Shown: positions 27,448 through 35,352 of the stretch, one piece after another
Layout of the letters: each line of letters begins with the position of its first letter
Position numbering within the stretch: the stretch's first letter is position 1
Assembly (NCBI GenBank): GCA_030141605.1
Contig: JAQGDQ010000051.1
Span: forward strand, 766,177-830,176
Reading direction: 5' to 3'
Length of the DNA: 64,000 nucleotides
From: Tubiluchus corallicola
Lineage: Eukaryota > Animalia > Priapulida
The notes under the pieces: model-generated
Seen by the model: only the letters and a program-made list of their open reading frames with translations
What the model was told of the DNA's origin: nothing
The model's database searches: none
Made by a program: the position numbers and the translations under genes

Positions 27448-28251
27448 ATTATTATTAGTAATTTTATTATAAGTGTTATCAGTGTTTTTATCAGTAATTT
27501 TGTATCACAGCAAATAAAAGCAAACAAACAAAAAGCAAAACATTTTACTTATTTTAGAACTTTCTTTTTTTCAGTTTTAATACAAGTTGGTTTGCGAAAA
27601 TGTTTCTGTTCGGTTTCATTTCGGTATAGGTTTTTTAACTTTCGGTTTGTAAATTCAATTTTGGTAACATCCCTGACGGTAACATCCCTGTCCTTAACGC
27701 CATATAAGGGCTTAAGTTACGCCTGTTCAAACAGCTGTACATATGAAAGTATGAAATTTATTTCACATAACAAAATACATTAATATACATATCAAAAAAA
27801 TTTAAAATAAAACAATTTAAGTAGTGTGAAGAGAGTGTACAACCATTTGTTCATTTACAGACTTACTTTACTTAACAGAAAAAATAATAATATGCATGCT
27901 CTGCAGAAGAGTAGTGTAGATCTGCCCAACAATGCAAATGAGAAGGGTGTAATAACAGCAATAAAAGAGTGAAATTTAGGGAGCGAAAACAATTTTGAGT
28001 GAGTCATGAAAAATGAATTGAAATAGTTACAATTATGAATAATTATATTTAGGCACAGCAACGTAGTCAAATGATTTCGATGACTTGCGAAATAATTGTA
28101 CAGTATAGTAATTAATATCACCTTGACTGTGTGCTGATGCTCCTTTTGAGTGCAAACATATCAGATTGATGGTAAGAAAACCAATCATAAAGCTGACAAA
28201 ATCTATATGCATCTTTTCTGATTGACAACTTTCACTAACCGACACGGACAT
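1029..28251 (-). CDS. TMEM131: TMEM131 (transmembrane protein 131), 5' part; 11 coding exons, gene continues off the left edge
   Basis: Exons 28122-28251, 23010-23074, 21886-21908, 16152-16229, 13541-13664, 13231-13344, 13011-13133, 12792-12872, 11143-11287, 7129-7247 and 1029-1137 are all GT-AG and phase-compatible (1111 nt). The translation (PIRFEPPMVDFGE..GMPHLEKV..PGGNTTFDIVFLAR..LRPFLGAKIPLNSS..EMYSSGSDLHLELP..EIPPHETK..LDFGTLRT) follows the vertebrate TMEM131 N-terminus colinearly. Confidence 0.95.
3150..4700 (-). mobile_element. LINE RT fragment (decayed)
   Basis: GVKQGAPSSPLLFTLFIN, LFMMDDSVL, INQVKTKFMVING, YYYLGA motifs. Confidence 0.85.
6590..6810. repeat. minisatellite, about 4 imperfect ~50-65 bp units
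   Basis: Repeated AAAAC..GTAAATCAAGAA..TTCTGCT..GCAG.ATCTT. Confidence 0.7.
7129..7247 (-). CDS. TMEM131: TMEM131 exon 10
   Basis: PGIYAHAGILDFGTLRTHDPPQTLYLNLVNSGVKSVHIT|gtaagt. Confidence 0.93.
7704..7937. mobile_element. MITE-like hairpin element
   Basis: Perfect 26-bp inverted repeat TTTAGGTTTAAAGAGCATGGTGCAAC at 7704-7729 and 7912-7937. Confidence 0.7.
8114..8947. mobile_element. non-autonomous piggyBac-like element
   Basis: TTAA|CCCTTAGCCAA ... TTGGCTAAGGG|TTAA: CCC-start TIRs with a TTAA duplication. Confidence 0.85.
11143..11287 (-). CDS. TMEM131: TMEM131 exon 9
   Basis: EIPPHETKPVMKLNFMGRQENNHTVFVRIKTNITHSSLILPMEVEVTK|gtacgc. Confidence 0.93.
11591..11831. mobile_element. MITE inserted in a TA-rich microsatellite
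   Basis: Perfect 35-bp TIRs TGGCTTCCTGTTGAAACCTGCTATCTCCATTTTTG; (TA)n on both flanks. Confidence 0.85.
12792..12872 (-). CDS. TMEM131: TMEM131 exon 8
   Basis: VTEMYSSGSDLHLELPSGENEAPKNLW|gtaagg. Confidence 0.93.
13011..13133 (-). CDS. TMEM131: TMEM131 exon 7
   Basis: VFGTGIPNLYKLRPFLGAKIPLNSSYATLLQMHNPHNSPLQ|gtatgt. Confidence 0.93.
13231..13344 (-). CDS. TMEM131: TMEM131 exon 6
   Basis: HLSPGGNTTFDIVFLARQEGSIENTLFIHTSVGHFKYQ|gtatgt. Confidence 0.93.
13541..13664 (-). CDS. TMEM131: TMEM131 exon 5
   Basis: FIGMPHLEKVLVQNPSSENSITLHSISGSTAHFQCSFFEDK|gtaagt. Confidence 0.93.
16152..16229 (-). CDS. TMEM131: TMEM131 exon 4
   Basis: LDWAEENMGFASPIRFEPPMVDFGE, with AG/GT boundaries. Confidence 0.92.
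18900..19490 (-). mobile_element. CR1/L2-group LINE RT fragment
   Basis: HSSTELA, NLSKAFYTVNH, CADDTSIF, WFKINKLSLNLPKTKYIIF. Confidence 0.85.
20141..21481. mobile_element. Kolobok-like non-autonomous DNA transposon with a nested MITE
   Basis: TTAA|AGGTCCCATGACA ... TGTCAGTGGACCT|TTAA; AGG-start TIRs with a TTAA duplication. Confidence 0.7.
20578..21200 (+). mobile_element. ~620-bp MITE family, copy 1
   Basis: Imperfect TIRs (GTGTGCTT..CAAAACCGTCCATAAGTCGG / CCGATTTATGGACGATTTTG..GCACAT); homologous to 26738-27378 and 47036-47631. Confidence 0.8.
21886..21908 (-). CDS. TMEM131: TMEM131 23-nt microexon (exon 3)
   Basis: ttttacag|GGGTTGTCAAGTCAAGTTCTTGG|gtaagt (GLSSQVLG); bridges phase 0 to phase 2. 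Confidence 0.7.
23010..23074 (-). CDS. TMEM131: TMEM131 exon 2
   Basis: tttgcag|..AFIQTDSELRYMVDGISVHIHE|gtaact; resembles vertebrate AFVQSES. Confidence 0.85.
23265..24037. mobile_element. pogo/Tc1-mariner-type MITE
   Basis: TA|CAGTAGGCGTCGCTCAATAGACTCAC ... GTCTATTAAGCGGCGCCTCCTG. A related partial copy lies at ~53940-54433 (ends GCGGTGCCTACTG|TA), and a lone end at ~11370-11410. Confidence 0.75.
24100..24960 (-). mobile_element. decayed LINE ORF2 fragment
   Basis: Lys/Asn-rich decayed frame with KLKAGKH..D and FWEF-like remnants. Confidence 0.5.
25390..25760. repeat. inverted-repeat MITE
   Basis: AAAAATGGCACAAATGCAAAAGTAGG..CACAGATA mirrored by TATCTGTG..CCTACTTTTCATTTGTGCCATTTTT. Confidence 0.6.
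26738..27378 (+). mobile_element. ~620-bp MITE family, copy 2
   Basis: Colinear with 20578-21200 (shared AAATGCTAAATATATT..TTCTAGCATCAAATT; AAAATGATCCTCAT). Confidence 0.8.
27378..27444. repeat. (TA)n microsatellite
   Basis: Directly visible. Confidence 0.95.
28122..28251 (-). CDS. TMEM131: TMEM131 coding exon 1 (signal peptide)
   Basis: MSVSVSESCQSEKMHIDFVSFMIGFLTINLICLHSKGASAHSQ has a hydrophobic core; donor CAAG|gtgata; phase 1 joins to (G)CA-TTT 'AFIQ' of the next exon. Confidence 0.8.
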
Positions 28252-29099
28252 GTTACAAAATTTTCTTGTTTCTTTCCATTAACGGAAATGACGCATATGA
28301 TATTTTGGCTTGTATGGTAGCTCGAAAGAGCAATTGTGGTGATTTCTCCGTTTTTCGTTCTGTTCAGTTCAATTCAGCAGCGGTAATGGCGCTGACAAGC
28401 CTATCTAAATTAAAGTCTATTGTCTTAAATGCTCGCCTGCTTATATGACTGGGCATCCTATTCTCTGCAATGAGTTTCGAGCCTGATCCTTTTTGTATCA
28501 AGATGAGCAGTTACTTGCCAGTTAGTAAAAAACTGGTACTTGGTGAAAAAATATGCCTAATACTTACAAACTTTGCGACGTTTTTTCATAATATCAATGA
28601 TTAAATTTTTACCAATACCAGTATTTTGAAATAAAATCAAATTCATTCTCTCATCACTAGAGCTCCCCACATAAACATTCTTCTTCCGTTTTTGTAGGGC
28701 GAATCATAAGTGCTACATGAAGTTTGTATCTTTGAACAGATCATAGTATAAACAGCAGAATCTAACGACCTCCGTGTCTTAATTAAAAGGTACACTGCAG
28801 TGCAAAATCAAAATTTTGATCAAAATGTACAAATTTCACATTATATTTCTGTGATCCATCTTTTTGGAGCATTCGTTCCAAGTTGAACATTCACTTTTAT
28901 CCTTTCTGGCATATGTGTTGCTTCAGTAACTAATGAGTTTATTTATCATCATTACAACCAATAGGTCGTATTACAGTACAGCATAACATTGCAATTTTTA
29001 AATTTTTAAAAAGAATAAGCAAAGTAGAACATACAGCGACAGGCACTATTACACTGTTACAAGATACATGAACGAAATCAATTAAAATTAAATGAGTCA

Positions 29100-29790
29100 A
29101 AACTTAAATTTGGAAATTAAATAAGCCTATTTAAAACTGTTCTTGAATCTCTCTGTTCTGCATTTAGGTATTTCAGATGGCGGTGAGTACTATATCTGTG
29201 AGTATGGGAATCAGGCAATAGAGTGTGGATTTTATTATTTCGATTTTGGATTGATAAGAACAACTTTTTGCAAGAATTTTGGCGACGGTTAAATAAAGGT
29301 TGAAAATTAGCCAAAAGTAGAGCATTTACATAGTTTTCATTAGGAAAAATTATTTTCAATGGGCGTTTTTGAACTGTTTCTAACAAATCAGAGAGATTAT
29401 GGAAAAGAGATCCATGCCTGACAAGCGTATTCAACAACTGGCCTGATTTATCATATCATTAGGAGATGTCGTAGCTCTTTTCATTAGTCGCAAAAGATAA
29501 ATTCTTTTACTCGCTTTTGCATAAATTGAATGGACATGGATGTTCCATGTTAAATCTCTAGCTATTTGTATACTTAAAAGTTTAACCGAATCAACTTTTT
29601 TACCTTCAAATTAGAGATCGTAATACGAGGAATATCAGGACGCTTAACCATAAAAGTCACAATCATTTCATTGAATTTAGACATATTGAAATTTAAGTTT
29701 ATTGGCGTTTGCCCATTGTAATGCCTGATTAGCTGCGGTTTGAATTTTGAGATAGTCAGTAGAGGAGCCAATGTCAAATATAGTCGTGTC
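29100..29790 (-). mobile_element. LINE 3' fragment interrupted by the BEL element
   Basis: The minus strand starts at (D)DTTI of the RT core and includes LETVQKRPLKIIFP..LFNRRQ. Confidence 0.8.
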
Positions 29791-30219
29791 TGTTATGCAC
29801 ATACACGTTTCCCTACCTGTTAAATTTGGTCTTGCCCCTTTAACTGTCATCAGTCATGTGACCAGGTAGTTGGCCAGGTAGACATTACCTGACATGCAAT
29901 TCAATTGATACGATGTGAATGTTGTAGTTTATTTCTTATTGTTTTTCTTGCAAGTTATAAGTGCCAAAACTCAGGGAGACCACATGTAAGTGTCTAATTA
30001 TGTTTATTGAACTGCTTTATGCTATTAGAACAATTTCGCTGTCATTTTTTTGTACATTATAGACGATAATCACGTTAGCTAATTTAGTAATGTATCTTTA
30101 TCAAACTTATCTTTTTCATTGAAAACTTATTGCTGTAATTTATTATTACAGATAACTGATAAAACGACAATTGCTGCATATTAAACATATTTGATGTTCT
30201 GGAGTTTAAGTGTAGTACA
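29791..30219 (+). repeat. putative 5' LTR of the BEL/Pao element
   Basis: Starts TGTTATGC exactly where the flanking LINE RT fragment stops; ends ..TGTAGTACA after an ATTAAA at ~30180. There is no second LTR to confirm the 3' boundary. Confidence 0.6.
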
Positions 30220-30477
30220 GTTTTATATGCCTCGCCGGGAGTTTCATGTTGCCATTAAGCAGTGACCTTGGTTCAGGTGCAGGAAGTTTGACATGCTTAC
30301 CTGATAGCTTTGCTCATTATGGGCTTCTACAGCGTAGCTGGTTCCTACAGGTAAAGCTGCATGAACTCTGTGAACTTGGACGCGTCAGCTAATGGGCAAT
30401 AGATAACGCTTCGGTCTTGTAAGGTGATCCCAAAATTTTTGCAAAAATTGACACTGACACTTTAATTTCAATTGAAA

Positions 30478-33400
30478 ATGGCATCAGCGTTATTCACTAA
30501 AAGCGAACTGGAAAATAAAGTAGTTGAAGAGCTGAGGCAAATTCTTCGTAGTACGTCTTTCGCGGTTTCTGGCAACAAGGCAAATTTAGTACAACGAATT
30601 TTGAAGCAACAGGAAACCGGTCCTTGTATACCAGGCGCTCCAGATGAATCAGCTGATTTATCGCTACCCTCAATAGCAACTGACCAACCCATGCAAGAGA
30701 AACGTAGGAGCGAAAAGTCCACCAAATCCTCGAGTGTGACGTCGTCGAAGAAGAGTGCCAAGCTAAGAAACCAAGAGCTTATGATTAAAGAACAAGAACT
30801 CAAACTTCAAGCGATGAGAATACGACATGAACGCATGCAGAATGAGTGTAGTTCTGAGGATGAACGTGATGAAGACTGCTTTGGTTCTGCAGCTGATGTT
30901 GAGACCAGGTTAGTGGACCATGGAACATCAGACTCAAAGGTCAAAGCATGGCTAAGGTCAAGGTCAACATACACGGATCCGACAGTTAAACATACACAAA
31001 CTACATGCGAAAGCGATGAGAATTACTTGTCTGAAGCCTTTGTTACTCTAGCAACTACTGATAAGTATGCTTTGGGAGCACTTGTTCTTGCTTCTAGTTT
31101 GCGTCGCACAGGAACAATGAGATGCTTAGTCATCATGGTAACAGAGGGTATTTCTTGTGATATTATGATACTTTTGAGAAATGCATTTGATTTGGTTGAA
31201 CATGTCAGTATTATTGATAGTCATGAGTTTAAAAGGTTACAATTGTTAGGAAGACCAGAACTTAATGTGAGTTTTACTAAGCTACATTGTTGGAGGTTGA
31301 CACGATTTAGCAAATGTGTTTTTGTAGATTCTGATACAATTGTATTAGATAATGTTGATGACATGTTTAGATTTAAAGAGCTTTCAGCTGCCCCTGATGT
31401 AGGCTGGCCAGATTGCTTTAACTCTGGGGTGTTTGTTTACAAACCGAGCATTGATATGTATAATAAGTTAATGTTGTATGCTAAATCAGAGTCCTGTACT
31501 TTTGTTGGTGGGGACCAAGGATTATTGAATCAGTTTTTTAAAGACTGGTCAACTAGTTATGAAAAACATTTGCCATTCACTTATAATGCTGTCATTCAGG
31601 GTCGGTACGGATATTTACCAGCTTTAATGCAACTTGGGAAAAATGTAAAAATTGCTCATTTTTTAGGTCAACATAAACCATGGCACTATATTGAACACGA
31701 TTCGCACACAGCTCACGTGGCGCCACCTGTTGGCAAAAAAGGTTATGAATTCGACATATTCAACAAGTGGATACAGATCTTTGATACTGACGTTAGGCCA
31801 CTGCTGGAAGACAAAAATATTCGTTTGCCTATGCAGCATCCAAGCTCTGGAAATCAGTGTCTGAATGCATCAGCGTCTGCTTTTATTCCACTAGCGCATG
31901 GCAGTAATATACCGCGCGTGAATAGTTATGCTTTTAATTCTACTCAACCTACCATTTGTACTGATAATTTAAGCGACATGCCTAATCATTGCCATCCACA
32001 GAGCAATGACATGGCTATGATCATGAACATCATGCTTGAAGCACAACGTCAACATACCAACATGTACAAAGCAATACAACTTCCAATAGCGGAGTTGGAC
32101 AAATTTGATGGTAACGTTCTAAACTTTTGGCAATTCATGCGACGTTTTGAAGCCAACGTCGAGAGCTACACACAAGATGAGGCTGCGATGTTTCAAAGAT
32201 TAATGCAATTTTGCACAGGCAAAGCCAAAAAAGTTGTGGAAAGTTGTAGCTACATGGACCCCAGTCGAGCATACAAGCATGCAAAGCAGTTACTCGTCGA
32301 CAGGTTCGGCTCCTCGTTTATGGTTACTCAGGCTTGGATGTCAAAAATAATCGAGTTTGACCAAATCAAGGCCAATGACAACGAGAAGCTGCGAGAATTT
32401 GCTGACTTGCTTTTAAGCTGTGTCGAGACGTTGAAAGCAATGAATAATCTCAGCGAAATTAATACACAGACAAGTCTCGTTCAGATTTTTAAAAAGCTGC
32501 CATACAAATTCCATGATAAATGGAAAGACGTGGTGTCCAGGATAGCAAAACATGAAATCAGAAACCCCTGTGTTTATGATTTGCTAACATTCATTCAGGA
32601 AAATGCTGAAAAAATGAACCACCCTGTATATGGTAGCCTCGGCGATTGGGAAAAACCTAAACGAAGCATCTCTGCCAAAAATTATGCCACCTCTGCTAAA
32701 GCACCTCAAGTTCAAGCAAACAATGGCAAGGCGAAAACAAATCAAGAAAAGCCGCAAACCAAAAGCGCCCAATTTTGCAAGAAAGTTTGCATATTTTGCA
32801 GCTCAAAGGAGCATTCTTCTCTTGGACAGTGTGAAGCTTTTGCAGCTATGGACACCCCAGCTAAGTTGATGTTCGTGCGTAAGGAATGCCTCTGCTTTAA
32901 TTGTTTAGCGAAAGGAAAACATAGAGCAGCTAGATGTTTCAAACCGTCTTCTAGTGTTAATGAATGCAACAAGAAGCATTCTGCAAATAGGGGCAGTTCT
33001 AAAGGAAAGAAGATAGCATTGCCTATGGTCAAAGTTCAAGTACATGTACATGGAAGAAAGCCAGTTGAAGCCATGGCTCTGTTAGATCCTGGATCTACAA
33101 ATACGTTTTGTTCCAGGAAGTTGTTTGACAGCATAGGTGCTGAAGGAAAAGAGGATGTTCTTACCCTAACCACAATCGAGAAATGCCAAAGTAAAGCAGA
33201 CACTTTAGTTACAAGTTTCGTTGTTACGGACAGCATTGGTGAAAACAGAATCTTGTTGCCTCATGTTTTTGTTCGACAGTCACTGATGCTAGATACAGAA
33301 TGCTTGGCATCAGTTGCAGATGTTCAAAAATGGCCGCACTTGAAAGAGATAGCGTCATCTTTTGTTGAGTATCACGGACAAGATGAAGACCTAAGCTTAC

Positions 33401-35352
33401 TAATCGGTCTTGACGTACCTGATGCCTTGGCCCCTCTGCAAGTTAGATGTGGTCCTGCAAGCGCTCCTTATGCTGTTAAGACGAAGCTGGGATGGACGTT
33501 GAATGGGCCTATAGCGGGCTGCAAAGTACACAACGTGTCAGTAAATAATTATGTTCTGGTCAAAGAGTCTTCTGAGGCCAAAACAGATGTCTTGCAGCAG
33601 CAAGTCGAGAGATTTTGGAAAATAGATTCTATTTTGGATGATGAGCAGTATTCTAGAGAAGAGATGAAGGTCATCGACATATGGGAAAGCTCAATAATCA
33701 GAAGAGACGGCCACTGTGAATTAGAAATACCATTTAAAGGCAAAAGTCATGTTATTCCTGATAGCTTTCAGATGGCAGCAAAACAGCTCAATGGGCTCAG
33801 AAGAAAATTCACCAAGAATCCCATTCTTCATCAAAAGTACACTGACGGAATCAACGACTTGCTAAACAAGGGTCATGCAGAGCTAGTGGAAGAACAATCA
33901 GCAATTACTCCTACACATCTGACTTGGTATCTTCCTCACTTCCCAGTCTTTAACGAAAATAAACCAGATAAAACCCGTATTGTTTTTGACTGCGGTGCAG
34001 AGTGCGAAGGTATCTCACTGAACAAATTGGCTTTGCAAGGTCCAGACCTTACGAATAATTTGGTTGGTGTCCTCTTGCGATTTAGGCAGTATCCAGTTGC
34101 CGTGCTAGCAGATATACGTGAGATGTATCACCAAGTGTTTGTTTCGCCCAAGCATAGAGATATGCTGAGGTTCATTTGGTGGCCTGAGGGACGAATTGAC
34201 CAGCCTCTTCAGATACTTAGAATGACCGTGCATCTTTTTGGAGGGGTTTGGTCCCCCAGTGCGGCTTCATTTGCCTTGAAATGCACTGCATTGAACTACC
34301 AATATAGCTTTGATAAAGAAACGGTAGCAACTGTGCTTTACAATTTTTATGTGGATGACTGCCTAAAGTCAGTCGAGAATGTGGAGCAAGCATTGAAGTT
34401 AATTACTCAGCTAAAGCTGCTTTTACAGAAGGGTGGATTTTGCTTGACGAAATGGATGTCAAATGATAAACGTGTTCTCGACACTATCCCAATTGAAGAT
34501 AGGGGAAAAGGTGTTAAAGATCTAAACTTGTCACATGACACACTGCCGAATGAGCGTGCATTGGGAATAAGTTGGCAGATGGAGGCTGATATGCTAGGCA
34601 TCCATGTTAAACAAAAGGAGCATCCCAATACAAAGCGTGGATTGCTTAGTTCTCTTTCCAGTATCTATGATCCCCTTGGAATGTGTGGTCCATTTGTTCT
34701 ACAAGGAAAGAAACTGTTTCAAGAAGAATGTCGTTTACCAGACAAAACGTGGGACAGCAAGTTGGACGGCGCCATTCAGAAGAAATGGAAACAATGGAAA
34801 GACGAAAGCACACTGTTAACAGATTTCAAGATTGAGAGATCATTCATGCCTCGTGAGTTTGGTAAGGTAATATCCACAGAGCTTCATTATTTTTGTGACG
34901 CTTCTGAAAGTGCTTATGGTGTGGCAGTGTTCATTCGTCAGCAGAATGAGCTCAACGTTATCCACACTGCCTTTGTCATCGCGAAATCAAGGCTAACTCC
35001 GATGAAAGGACTGGCTATTCCTCGCCTGGAGTTAAGTGCAGCAGCTCTTGCAGCTAAACTTGAAAAGGTGCTACGGAAAGAGCTTACCATCCACATTGAC
35101 AGGTCAATATTTTGGACGGATAGTCTTATTATCCTGCACTACATACGAAATACTGTCAAGCGCTTTCATACCTTCGTGCAGAACAGGGTCACAAGCATTC
35201 TAGAGGTCTCATCACCAGAGCAATGGAGATATGTCCCTTCTGAGAAAAATGCAGCTGACGACCTATCTCGAGGATTAAATGCTTATACACTGTTAGAGTC
35301 GAAACGCTGGAAATTCGGACCTAGATCCCTGATGCTACCAGAAGATGACTGA
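30478..35352 (+). CDS. BEL/Pao polyprotein: SAP - glycogenin (GT8) - Gag/Zn knuckles - aspartic protease - RT - RNase H (premature stop)
   Basis: Open frame of ~1624 aa from the ATG at 30478 (the ORF track starts at the TTG at 30472). The TGA at 35350 lies where BEL proteins typically read 'WP', and homology continues in frame past it (..NRYSSFYRLKKSVAW). Confidence 0.92.
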   Translation: MASALFTKSELENKVVEELRQILRSTSFAVSGNKANLVQRILKQQETGPCIPGAPDESADLSLPSIATDQPMQEKRRSEKSTKSSSVTSSKKSAKLRNQELMIKEQELKLQAMRIRHERMQNECSSEDERDEDCFGSAADVETRLVDHGTSDSKVKAWLRSRSTYTDPTVKHTQTTCESDENYLSEAFVTLATTDKYALGALVLASSLRRTGTMRCLVIMVTEGISCDIMILLRNAFDLVEHVSIIDSHEFKRLQLLGRPELNVSFTKLHCWRLTRFSKCVFVDSDTIVLDNVDDMFRFKELSAAPDVGWPDCFNSGVFVYKPSIDMYNKLMLYAKSESCTFVGGDQGLLNQFFKDWSTSYEKHLPFTYNAVIQGRYGYLPALMQLGKNVKIAHFLGQHKPWHYIEHDSHTAHVAPPVGKKGYEFDIFNKWIQIFDTDVRPLLEDKNIRLPMQHPSSGNQCLNASASAFIPLAHGSNIPRVNSYAFNSTQPTICTDNLSDMPNHCHPQSNDMAMIMNIMLEAQRQHTNMYKAIQLPIAELDKFDGNVLNFWQFMRRFEANVESYTQDEAAMFQRLMQFCTGKAKKVVESCSYMDPSRAYKHAKQLLVDRFGSSFMVTQAWMSKIIEFDQIKANDNEKLREFADLLLSCVETLKAMNNLSEINTQTSLVQIFKKLPYKFHDKWKDVVSRIAKHEIRNPCVYDLLTFIQENAEKMNHPVYGSLGDWEKPKRSISAKNYATSAKAPQVQANNGKAKTNQEKPQTKSAQFCKKVCIFCSSKEHSSLGQCEAFAAMDTPAKLMFVRKECLCFNCLAKGKHRAARCFKPSSSVNECNKKHSANRGSSKGKKIALPMVKVQVHVHGRKPVEAMALLDPGSTNTFCSRKLFDSIGAEGKEDVLTLTTIEKCQSKADTLVTSFVVTDSIGENRILLPHVFVRQSLMLDTECLASVADVQKWPHLKEIASSFVEYHGQDEDLSLLIGLDVPDALAPLQVRCGPASAPYAVKTKLGWTLNGPIAGCKVHNVSVNNYVLVKESSEAKTDVLQQQVERFWKIDSILDDEQYSREEMKVIDIWESSIIRRDGHCELEIPFKGKSHVIPDSFQMAAKQLNGLRRKFTKNPILHQKYTDGINDLLNKGHAELVEEQSAITPTHLTWYLPHFPVFNENKPDKTRIVFDCGAECEGISLNKLALQGPDLTNNLVGVLLRFRQYPVAVLADIREMYHQVFVSPKHRDMLRFIWWPEGRIDQPLQILRMTVHLFGGVWSPSAASFALKCTALNYQYSFDKETVATVLYNFYVDDCLKSVENVEQALKLITQLKLLLQKGGFCLTKWMSNDKRVLDTIPIEDRGKGVKDLNLSHDTLPNERALGISWQMEADMLGIHVKQKEHPNTKRGLLSSLSSIYDPLGMCGPFVLQGKKLFQEECRLPDKTWDSKLDGAIQKKWKQWKDESTLLTDFKIERSFMPREFGKVISTELHYFCDASESAYGVAVFIRQQNELNVIHTAFVIAKSRLTPMKGLAIPRLELSAAALAAKLEKVLRKELTIHIDRSIFWTDSLIILHYIRNTVKRFHTFVQNRVTSILEVSSPEQWRYVPSEKNAADDLSRGLNAYTLLESKRWKFGPRSLMLPEDD
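31033..31806 (+). other. glycogenin-like glycosyltransferase family 8 catalytic domain within the retrotransposon ORF
   Basis: EAFVTLATTDKYALGALVL..RPELNVSFTKLHCWRLT..KCVFVDSDT..ELSAAPDVGWPDCFNSGVFVYKPS..GGDQGLLNQFF..KHLPFTYN..YGYLPA..HFLGQHKPW..IFDTDVRPLL is colinear with the animal glycogenin-1 catalytic core. Confidence 0.96.

Noticed and set aside
31033-31806. Host glycogenin gene or processed pseudogene merely overlapping a transposon
   Set aside because: It has no separate start, stop, UTR or poly(A) remnant; it is in frame on both sides with the element ORF and lies downstream of the LTR.
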